Shown: piece after piece, positions 34,780 through 48,490 of the stretch
Layout of the letters: each line of letters begins with the position of its first letter
Numbering within the stretch: the stretch's first letter is position 1
Assembly (NCBI GenBank): GCA_973895155.1
Contig: OZ316894.1
Span: 4,922,944-4,986,943 of the forward strand
DNA: 64,000 nucleotides
Source: Marsupella aquatica
Taxonomy: Eukaryota > Plantae > Marchantiophyta
Reading direction: 5' to 3'
Notes under the pieces: model-generated
What the model was told of the DNA's origin: nothing
The model's input: only the letters and a program-made list of their open reading frames with translations
The model's database searches: none
Program-made: the position numbers and the translations under genes

Positions 34780-35372
34780 GAGTTCGTTTGTTGGTTACGT
34801 TTCATTAACAAACTCTTCTGCTGGACAACTGAGGGGACTTTCTAAAACCAAGGTAGATGCTGAAGAAACATTCAAACAACCGATTTAGTCATGGGTCTCT
34901 CCAGAAAATCAAAACGTACAACGTAAGTAGTCACATTTTGGTTTCATCCACTTAGGCCCATCTACAATAATGCTTGCATGCATATCAACTTGACAATTTA
35001 CTGCGAATATTCGTCGACAAAATCTAGTGCAGACATTGCTTTATCGTCGCTTCGGTACTGCTGTTTAGTCGTTTCGGCATATGGTACAGAGTAATTAAGT
35101 GGAATACTTGCTGCAATCCGAGCAGCAAATCTCCGATGCATAAAGAACCTAGTCCAATCAATGGATATGTCAAAGGTAGAATATAACCGACTAGGTCCCT
35201 GCAGAATTCCAACTTATCAGTTCTCTCTGCGGCTGAGAGAGGCGCTGCTTGAGAAAGGAACTTGAGAGGTAAGGTATGGGCTGTGCATCCTCAGTTTAGA
35301 CCCCTCTAACTCCGTCCATCTAAGTTGCAAGGTCCGTGTCTGAAAGCGAATCACACGCGCTGCATGAGTTCT
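34780..35372 (-). other. TXNDC9 downstream/3'-UTR block; source of the 3' module behind Kelch copies B-F
   Basis: Homologous to ~7960-8515, 13030-13582, 18015-18360, 27290-27835 and (partially) 22305-22382. Shared strings include gtccctgcagaattcca, tgagagaggcgct and aaagcgaat. Confidence 0.9.
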
Positions 35373-35533
35373 GTCTCTGGTGATGACGGGTTAGAATTTC
35401 TTGTTTCCGCTTCGGCCTACCCTTTCCACTTCGAGGTGAATGGCCTACGCTTGCTCCCCTGGATATTTCGGCATTCGTTCTGTTCAAAGGCTTCGCCAGG
35501 GGCTCCGTGATGCCAGCAGCATGTTGCTACCCC

Positions 35534-37287
35534 TTAGTCTTCATCATCTGTGTCATCATCTCCTTTCGATGAACCACCTTGTCGAACGCTTCGCTTTGGC
35601 GCCGTTTTCTGTTGCAACATCTTAGCCTCTCCATCAATGATAATGACACCAGGTCTAGCTAACCTATCCTCTAGTTCTTCAGTACTAAAATCGTCGGAAC
35701 CTCCGAGGTCATCAAACCCAACCTGGACAACAAACAACCTGTTGTCAGAAACTCTTTCAGCACAACTATGAGAGCTTAATCAGAGGTATACACATTCGCT
35801 GCATTTCACCTCTCACATATCCAGAACAGAACAAACTCTTCCAAAATTCTCCCCTAAGGATCTTAGCCAGGCAAGCAGACGAGAAGGAGACACGGAATAA
35901 CTTCGGGGCATATCACACAATGAGACCGAGCTCACTCTCGACTATGGAGAACAAGGGCAAGGGGAAGACTTACAACATAGTCCTCAACTTTGCCATTTTT
36001 GACCAGAGCAAGAGTTGGAAGCATGAAAATCTTGAGCCGCTCTGTCAAGAATGGGCTCTTCTCTGCATTCAACTTGATAAACCTAGTCTCCATATGCTGC
36101 TTGGCCAGTATGCTCAAATGCTTGTCGATGACCTGCTCCACGACAAGTGCTTGATCTCAAACTATCTTCTCACAGGAACAAAAATCCAAGCATTGCATGA
36201 TGCTCGGTCAAATTGGACATTTTAATAACTTGAAGAGAGAAATATATGAGCCTTAAAGAGTCTCCAGTCAACTTGGGGATCTAAACAACTTCAAGAGGAA
36301 ACTGAATGATCCGGAGGGTTGAAAGCCTTCAGTCGATTTGGGTATTTACACAACCTTAACGGGCAACGCATCCAGATATTCAAAGCCCCTTGCTAAATTT
36401 GGGCTTTTAGAAAAAATCAAGAGTATTGTGGCATCTTTGGCCAATTTGAGCATATTCAATTACCTCCACTCAACGTTGTGTGTCTACTAATGCTGCATAC
36501 GCACACTCCACAACGGTCCCACATGGCGAAAACTCCCAGGATACAGAGTCAGAAGAGAGTGCACACCTTGCAGGGCCAGTTCTCTCTGTAAAAATGCGCT
36601 ACCACGCGGTCACTTTGCTTGACCAAAGTGAAGAACTCCTTCTCAACCATTATCTCCTGGTATTCTCCATGTCCCAGGGCTGCCCATTGCTTTTTCTTCT
36701 CGGCCTGCAGCTTATACTGACGGAGTCGTCGCTCCCGTAATTTCTCCAGATCATCATCGTTTAGATTGTCTAACCTGGCTATTTGATCGTCTAATTGCTC
36801 CTCCACTGCTTTCGCAACGCGGACAACTTGCTCCGCCACCACCTGCTTATGCCAACGCCATTGAGACATGCAAATGCAAATGACGCTCTGACAGCAACGA
36901 AACTCTTTCTCCGCGAGCATTATAGGACGACAAGTAACTAGTCAAAGATAAAAGATAGAAAACCAGGCTGTGAACTTGCAAAAGGTTGGACTCAACACCA
37001 CGTATCCAAGGGAGCGAGATCCCCAGGAAACAGGAGCAGCGGAAAATAACAGACACACGATGCAAACCGTCCTTACATACTCACTGCCTAACCTCTTGGC
37101 TTCCCACCAAAACTACCATCTACTTCAGAAGGAAAGACGATACCAACATAGGAACCTCACTCGACTACAGCCAACATAGAATAACCTGGTTGAACCCTAA
37201 TGTAGCGTCCCGTCTCCATCCGCAGCAACCAAGCACTCGGATGAGTCGGATATCACCAACCTTTTGAATAGCGGAGGAAGAATCCAT
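35534..37287 (-). CDS. TXNDC9: Thioredoxin domain-containing protein 9 / phosducin-like protein 3 family, 4 coding exons (37287-37261, 36842-36567, 36132-35974, 35722-35534), 216 aa
   Basis: Spliced translation MDSSSAIQK-VVAEQV...LRERRL...GHGEY...HFYRENWPCK-VIDKHL...AEKSPFL..RLKI..LPTL...VGFDDLGGSDDFSTEELE. All introns are GT-AG and phase-consistent. Confidence 0.93.
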
Positions 37288-37469
37288 TGCAGAAATCGTC
37301 GTCGGCCAAACCGAACGCCAATAAACTCAAACCCGAATTTCGTTCCGTGCAAAACTCGAGAGAGTTTGGGAGCCGGATTACAGAATTCTCAGACAGATCG
37401 ATGAGTACTGCAGTCCTGATTCGTCACAGGCGCCGAAGAAGCGCTTCACCACACAAACAGCGGAGAGAC

Positions 37470-37890
37470 TATCAACAAAACCCGATCGATTGACACCGTA
37501 GCTCAAAGGCAGCAGCACAGCCAAAATTAGATCTGATCGCAGTTCTTTCCACACTACCGCTGCTGCATTGCAAAAGAGGGAATGAGAGCAAGCGATAGGC
37601 AGAGAGAAACGGTGAGAAAGATTTCGGCCCTTCGCCACAGAAACGAGAGACAATCACAACAGGCTCGATCGATTCATACTACAATGGCAGCACCGATTCC
37701 ACATTCGATCTGATCGCAGTTCTAAGCTCAACACAGCTGTTGCAATGCAAACGAGGGAATGAGAGAGAGCGATGGGCAGAGTGAAATGGTGAGAAAAAAA
37801 TTACGGCTCTTTCGCCACAGCAAAGAGAGACGATCACAACAGGCTCGATCGATTCACAGTTCAATGGCAGCACCAATTCCACATTCGATT
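37470..37890. repeat. ~185-bp tandem duplication (x~2.3) upstream of the TXNDC9 start codon
   Basis: gatctgatcgcagttct at ~37530 and ~37707. atcacaacaggctcgatcgattca at ~37653 and ~37833. Confidence 0.85.
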
Positions 37891-37903
37891 GCCATTACAA
37901 GCG

Positions 37904-37981
37904 AAAGAGAAGAGAAGAGAAGAGAAGAAAAGAGACAAATAGAGGAGAGAAGAGAAGAGACGAGAAAAGAAGAGAAGAGAA
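37904..37981. repeat. Imperfect (GAAGA)n tract, CT-rich on the TXNDC9 sense strand
   Basis: Directly visible. Typical of plant 5'-UTR pyrimidine tracts. Confidence 0.85.
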
Positions 37982-38219
37982 CTCGGAGCGCAAACAGAAC
38001 TGCAAGTTTTCACGACGCCACTGAACGAGAACTGAGATCTGACGGACAGGGCGTGCACCCATTTTTCAGGGAGAGATCGAGACCGCAGAAACGGGTGAAT
38101 TAATTATGGTCCGATGTGGAGTTTACCGTCTTCCCGCGAATTTGAATTTGGGGCAACGTGGAAGGACTCAGAGGAGCCGAGTAGACAAAAAACGGGAGAA
38201 GCGCGGGAACGAACAAAGC

Positions 38220-38295
38220 GGTATTATCGTGGGCACGGCATTATTGTGGGTACGGCATTATTGTGGGCACGGCATTTCACAGCATTATTTGGGCC
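38220..38295. repeat. 17-bp tandem repeat ggcattattgtggg(c/t)ac x~4
   Basis: Directly visible. Confidence 0.85.
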
Positions 38296-39692
38296 CTGCA
38301 TTGGAAGTCTCAAACCACGTCTCTCCTATTTGTTTTTAGTCAGGGTTCTAAACCCTTTGCTTATGTACCTTGACCAGTCAAAACTCCTATTTTGGGCAAT
38401 CTTAATTTGGGGGTTTTAGGTTTGAGATGGGTCACAACACTAGCTCATCATCCAATTTGAATGGGTGCTGACTATTCTTGAAGGATGCTGATGGATATGC
38501 ATGGAACTATTTCTGGTGCATTTGCCAGTACACTGAATGCCAAAGTTGCTGACTGTCACATTGTGTGGAAACAGCACATGCTTCCCTTGTGACCTGGCAT
38601 GCCACAATGGGGTCACAAGAAATGGTCAGGGAAGTAGTGGCTTGAGAAGCCCTATTATCGGGGGCAATATAAGTTTTGATTTCTTTTTTGGTTTTTCTCT
38701 TTAGCCAGTGTGAGTGTGAGGAATGTCATGTCATGTGAAGGAGAAGATGCTCAACATATTCCTTATATAATTTTCTTAGATTGCTTAATAACAGTCAGAT
38801 TATCATAGATTTAAGGATGACCGATAGATCCTGGCTAGTGGGGTCTGTTGCTAGGTGTGAAACTAGCCATGGGCGACAGACCATGCAAGTTTACACCAAA
38901 AGTGGCAAAAAATAAATTAAGTTGGAATCTAGTGAATTTGGTGAGAACAAAAATAAGTTACTTTCATTTCCCACCTGACTGGATAGAATCTCCCCCAACT
39001 TGGCTAGAGTCACGGCTTAGAGGCTTTCACTCTAGACCCCTTACTCCAGGTCTCTTCGCACTTGTACATTAACATAAGGGGGTTTTCAAGAATATCCGAA
39101 GCTTGCTGGGCTTCTTAAGATGACTTTGCAAGACTTTGGAGCCCATTGCTTCTTTTTGGTCCCTTTGGGATTAAGTCGGATAGTGGAATGAGTGGAATCG
39201 GCTGCACTTGGTTTTAGAAGAACTTAGGGCCCAAACAAATGTTGGTGGTAGAAAGATGAAAAAATCTACTTCACAGAAGTCCTGATTGCAGGTGTGGGAG
39301 AACTCACTCGCCTTATCGATGGCACTGAAACTCATGTGTGGTAGAAATAAGACGTTGCAAAGAATGAACTACCAGATTCACATTCTGGAATCTATATTGG
39401 AATCTATACTGGAATCTATACATTGGCAGTCCTAGAGTTGAGTTGATACAGGACTTTGACAACTAAGCTAACTATCTAACTTTGAATTACATGGAGAAGT
39501 TTGAAGTCTCAGCACAGTCAATCCCCCAAACATGATTCCACCTCGCAATTGCAAGAGATGCCACCCGTTTGATTAGCCTAATTCCAATGTGAGGTCAAAA
39601 CGCAACCCACTGGCTTTGCCCGTTTTGAGGCTTACAGCTTGTGAGGTGGCTTAACTCACAGACAATAAATTAAGATTTCCGAGTACAAACCA

Positions 39693-42600
39693 CTAAGAAA
39701 TGTGGTTATCAGCAATAGAACTTTCATTCTCATCCTTATCTAGCGCATCTTCTGTAATTTCATGCGTAGATGCAAGATCTTGCTCCAGAGCCAAAAGAAA
39801 GTCCTCAAACTCACCATAGTTCTCCTGACTCTGCAGGCATAACAAAGATTACGTCTTAGAAAAATTGGAAGAGCGAAAACTCTTAATAATGTATATGAAA
39901 AATTAACAGCGAAATGATGAGCATATTAAGGAACTCGCTCTAATCAGAGAAAAACCTCGGAATCGCCAAACGAATAACTGATTTAAGGCAACCGAAATTT
40001 ATGTTGGTGATCCCAAACCTGTATAGTCTTGCTGTATGCTTCCCAAAGACGTAGATCACTTCTAAAGAGCTCCAATAAAACCTATTGACATCATCAGAGC
40101 ATCTGTAAATCGTGAATTCTGAACACAACGTACTGGCAAATAACAGCAATGGTAAAGAAGTCCATTTCCGACTCCCCATAATAAACTGCTTCTGCTGCTT
40201 TAGTATTTACCTCGGGGAAGCGGAGTAGAGTGCCAAGAACAACAATCCATTCCTTGAAACCCACAGCTCGCATATGACCGAGGAGAAATTCAGTATCAAG
40301 TCGACCCTCTGGAGTGTCAACGTCTAACTGCACTCTCACAACAAGTGTGTTATACAGCCCGAGTTAACAACTTCACTGCAGGCAGGTTTAATTCAAAAAT
40401 CTTTGGATCCAGACTCTGCGTCTAGCGACAAAAGTTTACTTGATAAGACCATCCCAGAACTATGAATGCAGAGGTACCAGTTCAACCCTTTCATATCCCT
40501 GGATGCAGCCTTACTTTTCGAAAAGGTATTAAGATTACAGCACTGGCATCACAATATAGAAGCGACAACGAGAACAGTGCGTTCAGCCCATCACTCACTT
40601 TTGCTCCTATGATCCGAAGTGCAGAAGAAAAATCCTCCAACCGTGCTGACTTTCCTTTCTCTGATTTCAAGAAATCCTGCAGTACAACCAAAACCGGAAG
40701 AAGAGACTCAGATTCCCTTGATCAATTCAAAACAACCAATAACTGTAAACAGGGTTAATGGGATTGCAACTTGCTTTCAACTTACCGTGATATCAAATTG
40801 AGTTCCCTTCGCAAAAGCTACTAGTTCTTGAAGTTCCTTTAATTCCATGAGATGAGCACCATGTTTCTCGAGAATATGCTTGACTGTGGCGTGGTGCACA
40901 TCTGCGCCCATAATAGGTGCACTGGCGTACATCCAGAAATAAGATAACACGCATCAGGACATCTGTAGAAGCTGCTTATTACCGCATCCAGCCATGAGTC
41001 CAAATTCTTGAAGCTCCAACGGCTCCAAACCCAAATAGGAATCCTATAGGCGGTTTACAGAACCTGCTAGATACCTATTGACTTACTAAGAAACCGGACA
41101 CTTAAGGCTGCCTACATATTCTGATTCCCCTTTCAGAAAAATTTTAAACTGTTCAGGCAATGCTTGCAGCTTTAAGAAATGTCGGAGTGCTCAATCGTGA
41201 AAATGCTTGAGTGAGGTAGACTTACGGCGAGCTCAAACCTAAGAAGAAAGAAGAAAATATATTGCGATCAATATCCTTATCATCTTCATATTCTCTGCCA
41301 GCCCGCAGTAAGAATCGGCACTGCAAAACGAAGTATTCAAGAAAACCGGAAGTAAGACTATGCGACTGTTAAGTTGACGAAGAAACTACTACAGCCAAAT
41401 TGGAATCAAAACACAGAAAGCTTAGCATTGGGCGTTACCAATTCTCCCGCAAGCTCGTACATGGAAACTTCTAATGCTGCCTGCAGTATATTTCAGACGA
41501 AGAATCAACCACTGCCCCTCACGAAGCCATTTAAAACGGCAGATATATGTAACGTCCAGCCTTGAAAAGATGTGATAACCTCTAAAACAAACACTTTCGC
41601 ATAACGAACCAATTCGACAGAGATCCATGTCCAAATGAAAGTGAGAACAGTCTAACCTTAAGTAATCTAACCGCACTTTGCTGACTGATGGTCGGTCCCT
41701 CCAACTTTTGAATCACCTACTCCATACACTCGGCAACAAAAATATAAGTACTAACTAAAAGCCATGAATGGAACCTGACAAGAACATGAAACCTTGCACA
41801 ACGAGATCCATCTGACCCACATTTCGTATAACTTACTAGATTGATAAACCGCTCGTTTCAAATACTATATTTCAAGCTGAATATTCGAAACTTTCAAGGA
41901 TCTCAATGTTTATTAGCCAGGATTTCCTTGTCTCTAGATCTTAAATTCGGAGTAGGTACCTTGTCTAGAATGTACTCACCAGAATATAGCAGGCGGCAGT
42001 CCGATATGACCCCTTCTGAAAACATTCTTCAAACAGCCTGTGACCGATAAATTTTATACGAAAAGTATCTTAAAGTCGAACCAAGAACCTGTAAATCTAG
42101 GTCACTATCAAGCATAAAGTGAAACTGAAAATGCGGAAGCGTCCGACGATACTGGCAGCCACTCTAACGGTTGTAATTATATCCAGGTAGGGATCCAGAA
42201 ATTTGGAATATTCCTCTTACCTTAACATGTTCAACCCACAACGATTTAATGACCAAATTAATGACTAAGATAAAAGAAAGACAATACATACTCAGTGGAC
42301 TTTCCAGCAGCCGCAAACAGCTCAGACCAGTGGCGCCCGTCTGTCTTCCTAGCTACACTGACCACCACATCCAGATACTCTGAAAATTGCCGCACCAAAG
42401 TGCAAGCTTGCCGCAGCAGATGGGAGGCTGCTGGGCTCACTTTGCCTCGTTTCTTGTTCACGTACTGACTGCAACACGAATCGACCGAATTACATAGAGA
42501 AACCCACCAATCTGGAATACGGCTCAACAACGATTTCATACAAATATACGCTTATCCCATTTACGCGAAAAGTATTTCTGCTAAGAAGCATTCTTAAGGG

Positions 42601-45600
42601 GGGCATAAACCTGACTCAGCGAAATCCAAAATTCCATAACAGAATCTATCTCATCAATGAAAGTCTCTTGAAGGAATTTAACGTGTCCGAGGAGAAGGCC
42701 AACAAATGAGCATCATCAATATACTGTGCTTCAAAGTACAACGAGACGAGCTTCAGGGGTCCTGTGCAACATGTCTGATGCTCTTATTTTTCAAGAGAAA
42801 AACATTCCAAGGAAAAACAGGGACATCTGTAAATATGACTGCATGTATGAGAACCGTCTACGTACCTAGATACTGCTGCATCAAAAACAGTAAACAGTAG
42901 CCACTCTAAGGAGTGGGAAAAATGAGGCCGACCACAGGATAGTCTTGCCAGCTGTATTGCCTCCTCTAGTTTGTCTCTCTACAAAATTCAAATATCGTCG
43001 AGTTAATGTAAGATTTGAAATTTGAAACGAGATAATAATTTGGAAAAAATACAATTGATGATCGACGTGCTGAATCATTACAACTTGAAACAGGGAAGGG
43101 AGAATAAACAGCCACCTGCAATAAATGTCGTAGTAAGCATGGTAAAATAGGTTGGGTCTGAGGTGTAGGTTCAAAGCAGGGCATTGCTGCACAGGCTGCA
43201 AGAGACAACCTTTGTGAAATTCCAACAATCACTCCTGAACCAGTGGAGACACCCAATGGATACACTTCTCTGTCAAAATCGAGCTCAGGATCTAGCTGCA
43301 CATCGTATTGAACACCACACAGCCCTGATGTTAATACTTCGCATGACATATCCAAAAAAAAATTGTTGCGACAAAACAGAAATACAGACTGAGTGGTGAC
43401 AGTACATGATTGAAATGTTCTGATGGTTAATAATCTGATTGGAAGAAATACTCCGAGAAATACTCCGCAAACCCCTTGCAAAGCTGCGCATTACACACTT
43501 TTGGTTTGACTCTTACCTCCCACACATCTTGTGCATCTTGACTTGTATCCGCAGGGGAAGAAGGATACCAAACCTGCATACATCAATCCGAGACATGGTC
43601 AACAATGGTCTATTTATTTCCATAAAAGTGCTTAATATACAAAGGTTTGCACAAGAATTACAGTAATTTTTGAAGTACATCAAGGGAGACCCCTTCAACT
43701 GTAAACAAACCATATACCCATGATTTCGTACCTGCATTCCACGGTGTCCATATGCCCACCATGGAACCTCTTTTATCAGGGCTGCTTCCTCCTTGGGCCT
43801 GCCACAAGTTAGCCAAAATCGTTCTACTCCCGAGATAAGTCTGCGCTCACTTCCTCGTTCCAAGTCAAGCAAAGATAGCTCCCCGTCTGTGCGTAGTAGC
43901 ATACACCTGCACCAGATCGCTAGAATAAACAGTCTGATCTCTTGAAATCAAAGATACCAGTTTCAGAAGCTGGCATAACAATTCTAAATTACCTAGTGGG
44001 TTGCCTGAGCATTGCCTCTGCTGCAACATCGCGCCACGTATCATCGCAAGTCCCATCACATGTGGGATGGGGATCATTTTCACCCGAGACATTTGGCAAA
44101 AAATGCATCGCTAGCGGTGGTTTCCGAGCATTCATAATTGAGAGCTCCCTGACAGGGAATAACTACACAATGAAAAGAAAAGCTCACGTAAGTTATATAG
44201 CACTCTCTCAGCGCACAGTAATCATGAAAGTTTACTACGTTAAAGAATAAAGTGGCCAATGGACAATACATTCAAATGTGACCTGTTAGACACTTCCAGA
44301 TAAATCGAGGAGACACTAATTTTATGTTATCAGGTTAACCTTTCATTCGTCGAAAGATCAACGAACACGCCTCAACGGAAGGAGAAAGTGCAGATCTTAC
44401 GGACCTGAACTGTCGAGGGTTTCAACGGCGACAAGTTTCCATGAACATGAACGTGGAAAATATGAATGTCAAAAGGGGGATACGTGACAAGAATAAAATC
44501 TTGCCACACATCCAGGGCAATTGGCTTGTCCAGTAACTGCCTCCGACACAACAAAGATGTCTCATCGAGATGATACCTTGGATACAGATTCAATTCATAC
44601 CTGCAGCCATGCAAACAATCATGATACCACATCGCTGAAATTGACCCGAATAATATCCTGTGTTTTTCAAGTGCTCCCGTAGATTCACAAGCTCTTTTTT
44701 CCAGAAAAAACCCTTTTTCGCTATCAAGAGTCGGAGCTATCACAAAACTTTATTTTGAACTCATAGTCCCTTCAAGCAAACTCCACGCCTGAAACAATAT
44801 CAGCTAAAAGTACCATAGCAATACATAAAAACGACCAAGAATCAATGGCAGAAGTAGTGTTGTAGAGAAAGGTTTCAAGCATCAAAATATCGGGAGTTTC
44901 TTTGTTATATAGAACGGTTTCAAGCATCAGATCTCGGGAATTTTTTCTAATTTACAATTTGGTTACCTCTCGATACTTACAAACCAACAACTATCTTTCC
45001 CGATAAATCCACCAAGAATTAATGGCAGAAGTGTTGTTGTAACGAAAGACTTCAACCATCAGATTTCAGGATGTGTTTTTGAAACTTACGATTTGGTTGC
45101 CTCTCGATAGTTGCAAACGACAACTATCTTTCCCAGCCATAGCAAAGCCACACACTGAACTTGCCGCTCTTGCGTTACGTCCCCAAATACCCGCCACTTC
45201 TTCAACTGCATGTCATAGAGTATCAACCCACGACGGCCTGCTATTGCCAGGTATGTTCCATCTGCATTAGCTGCAACATGCATAACTGGCCAATTCATAC
45301 TGATGTATGATTGCTGCATAAATCAAATAGAGATGGATATCAGAAGATGAACAGTTATTTGTATAAAAAGCTTTCAAAATCTGAACTAGTATTCCAAATT
45401 TGTGTACGACTAGGAGGAAGGCCTTTGATAATCCTTGTATATTTGTGGGCCAAACACACAGTAAGCTAACTGAATAGAGTCTGTGACATACTGGAATGAT
45501 AAGGTGCTGAATTTTCAGCTGATCCTCCTCATCTGATTGGACCAGGAGCACTCGATCTTGTCCATGAAGAAGCTGCCAGACATGAGACACACCTACAACG

Positions 45601-48490
45601 TTTTGGCTGACGCAGCTCTTAGCAAACGGAAACTCAATAAGACGAGATGTGTTCCTGTGCTCTACAGCAAAAAGCTGGTACCCATGCTCACCCCATGCTA
45701 GGGCTGCAACACCCCCCACCATCGGCTCGCTCCTTGAAAGCTCATTTCCAGAGAACATGGAAAAAGAAGGGGAGAACACATTGCTCAAGCTACCCTGGCG
45801 GATAGTGCACATGAGCCGGCATCCTGAAACAGACCACACCGCCAAACCCCTGTGCTGCCATCCTACAGCAAAGGCCGAATTGTCGGGGGTCCAGCTGATA
45901 CAATTCACCGGACCTGTGTCATCCACAGAATATCTGGGAGGAAACGAAGAAAGTCAGTTTCTAAAATCATAAGTTTAAGGAGATGCAAACGAGATGCAGG
46001 TAGCTGTTCATGCAACATCCAGAATTCGTACTCCTTGCAACAAAAGCTTAGATAATATTGCCGCGCGCTAAAACTAACAGTTGGCTACGGAAACTCAAGG
46101 AGATAGCTTTGGTACTGGAATTTGCTGCAGCTCGCATATGAAAGCAGAAGCTTCCAAAAGCGTTATTGCATACTTGAAATGATTAATTACGATCTGGAAA
46201 GAGAGAAGGACGGCCAAACAAGGGTTTTTGAAAAAAGTACCCCCAGTCAAAGAGTGATATAGTTCGGAGAGGCACGGCGTTGTCTGCCAAATTAAACAGT
46301 TCAACAGTTCCTCGCATGCATCCCACAGCTAGTAACTGTTGCAGATGGCCGATTGAAGCACAGATGGCATCAAGAACACCCACCCACTTCTGCGGGCTGA
46401 TATCATTCACTTGCCTCAAACCCTTCTCATTAACCGAACACAATAACACGTATCCTTCTGAAAGGACAGCAACGAGAATATGCAATGTGCTTGATATTTC
46501 AATATGTGTAAAACCACAATCTCCAATGGCCTGATTGTTGGAGGCAGAAAATGAGGGATGTGATGCCAACGGAGCAGGGACTGGAACAGTTGGGCTACCA
46601 TTCGCCTCTGGTATGTACATTGTCCCATTAGATGTCGCCCGACCTTGTAGTACTTCTGCATTACCAAGTAACTGCAAACAATGTCTCTTCTAAGACAAAT
46701 GAGTTCCTTGGTCATGTATTAAAACTAATATGAAGTTTACAAACCCCAAACTTCGGATTGTTGTACTCATTTCAGAAGTATAACACAATCTTGTGGGAAG
46801 GAGGGGAACTACTTGGAACTTCTACACCCTCCAGAATCTTCAGAATACCTTCACCGACTTAAAACAACGAAGAGACGCAAGTTAAACGAATCCACTAGCA
46901 CACTTGAAATCATCTACGTTGTGAAGTGTTCGCTCATCTCGCATTAGGCAAAATGAGGAAAACATGAACTGCAATTCTATGCAAGAGAATACTTACTTGA
47001 CCAGACCATGAAACGAATTGCAGATATCCATTTGACAGACCAACAATAAGAGTGGACTCGTCAGCTGTGATACAGCATCTGCAAAAGGCGAAAACGAAAA
47101 GTTCATATTGTTTTTCCAAAACTCCAGACTAATGAAATAGAGTACAGATTATGGCTCTCTGAAAGAGACAGGAGGAAACGAGACAGTAGTGGTCCCTTAC
47201 ACAGATATAGCTTCACCGAATATAAGCAGATTAACTGTTGAGAAGAGCTTGACTTCGACCAAGAAGACTCCTATGTCCGTCCCTGATAACTGAAGTTGCT
47301 TATCGGATGGAGTGACACTGTAAAATTGTAGAACACAGCCAGATGTCTGTGAACAAATCACGTATATTAGGGCCACTGTCAACAGTGCTCGGAAGCATAA
47401 TCTAAAGTTTCAATATCCTCTAAGCTTGAATCGTTAATAACTGATGCATTCCGAACGTGCTCCATGACCAACTATGCTGGAGAGCCCAATGAATTCTAAT
47501 TCTAAATTCTAAATTCAATATCTGAGCCATTCTTTCAAAGGAATGTCTGAGCCATTCACAATGTCCACCGAAGCAGCCTACAGTAAAGATAATACAGAAA
47601 CAAGACTAGAGTATTTTAAGCATGGACTCTCGTCGTATGTTAAAGAATACGGACACAGCTATCACTCAATCAAACTCTGAGGGTTCCTCTACGGTTTAAC
47701 TAGCGGCATTGTTCAACAGCATTTCCATTCGATAAGTAGCTCCAGAAAGCTTCGCAATGCTTTACTTCAATTGAAGTCGAATCTCTACACATTTTGAAGA
47801 TTATTATTAACCGAATGAAACTGAAATGCCAGCCGACGCAGATTGTCTTTGGAAAACATACCATAACAGCAACAGTTTTCGAATCTGAGCTCCATATCGC
47901 CTGGAAGTTTATCCCTTCGTACTGGAGGGAGCTTGAATCTCTCACAAACTGCCCTAACTTCGTTCTATGCTGAGTTCAGGCAATCGTAAAAGAAATTAAG
48001 AGTCAACCTCAGCGAATAATACTCAATGTGCAGATACTTTACACGGTCCAATATAAATCCACACATGTTCGACTTCCCAGAGCCAATTTGACTTCCTGCC
48101 GGAGATTTACGGAACGGAGAGCCGTGACACAGAATGCCGGTGGCCATAATGAAGAGAGCATGAAGAACAGACGGCCAACTGGTGGACAGAATTCCACCAA
48201 TACCAATAACAAAATTCTATAGCAGATGCAAGCGGCATTTCTGATCAGGTCACTACGGTTCTCATGATGTCCTGCTCTGGCGGATGCCAACCAAATGGAG
48301 AACGGAGACCGTGAGCGGAGCGGAATGAAGAGGAGCAAGCAAGCAGATAGAAAACCTGAGTGGCGCTCCAGATTTGGATATCAGTTGCGGATACGAGCAG
48401 CAGCAGAGTTCCAGACACGCTCACGTGGATCAATCGCTCCTGGCTGCCAGCGATCGGGAGCAGCTTGGGCCACCCATAAGCTACGTACAT
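39693..48490 (-). CDS. RIC1: RIC1 (RAB6 GEF complex subunit; LOT-like), roughly 20 or more exons
   Basis: Start MYVAYGWPK (exon 1 48490-48356). Conserved segments DTGPVNCISWTPDNSAFAVGW, NWPV.HVAA..DG.YLAIAG.RGLILYD, YLDVVVSVARKTDGRHW.ELF.AAG, LFEECFQ...YRTAACYIL and FKEWIVVL.TLL. Last exon SQENYGEF...DNHIS* ends at 39693. Not every exon boundary was verified. Confidence 0.93.

Noticed and set aside
36549-36920. MLAEKEF... as the TXNDC9 N-terminus
   Set aside because: Intronic read-through. A 27-nt upstream exon (MDSSSAIQK) gives the family-like start.
43561-43568. Perfect U12 donor GTATCCTT in RIC1
   Set aside because: It lies inside a coding exon (VWYPS) bounded by ordinary U2 sites.
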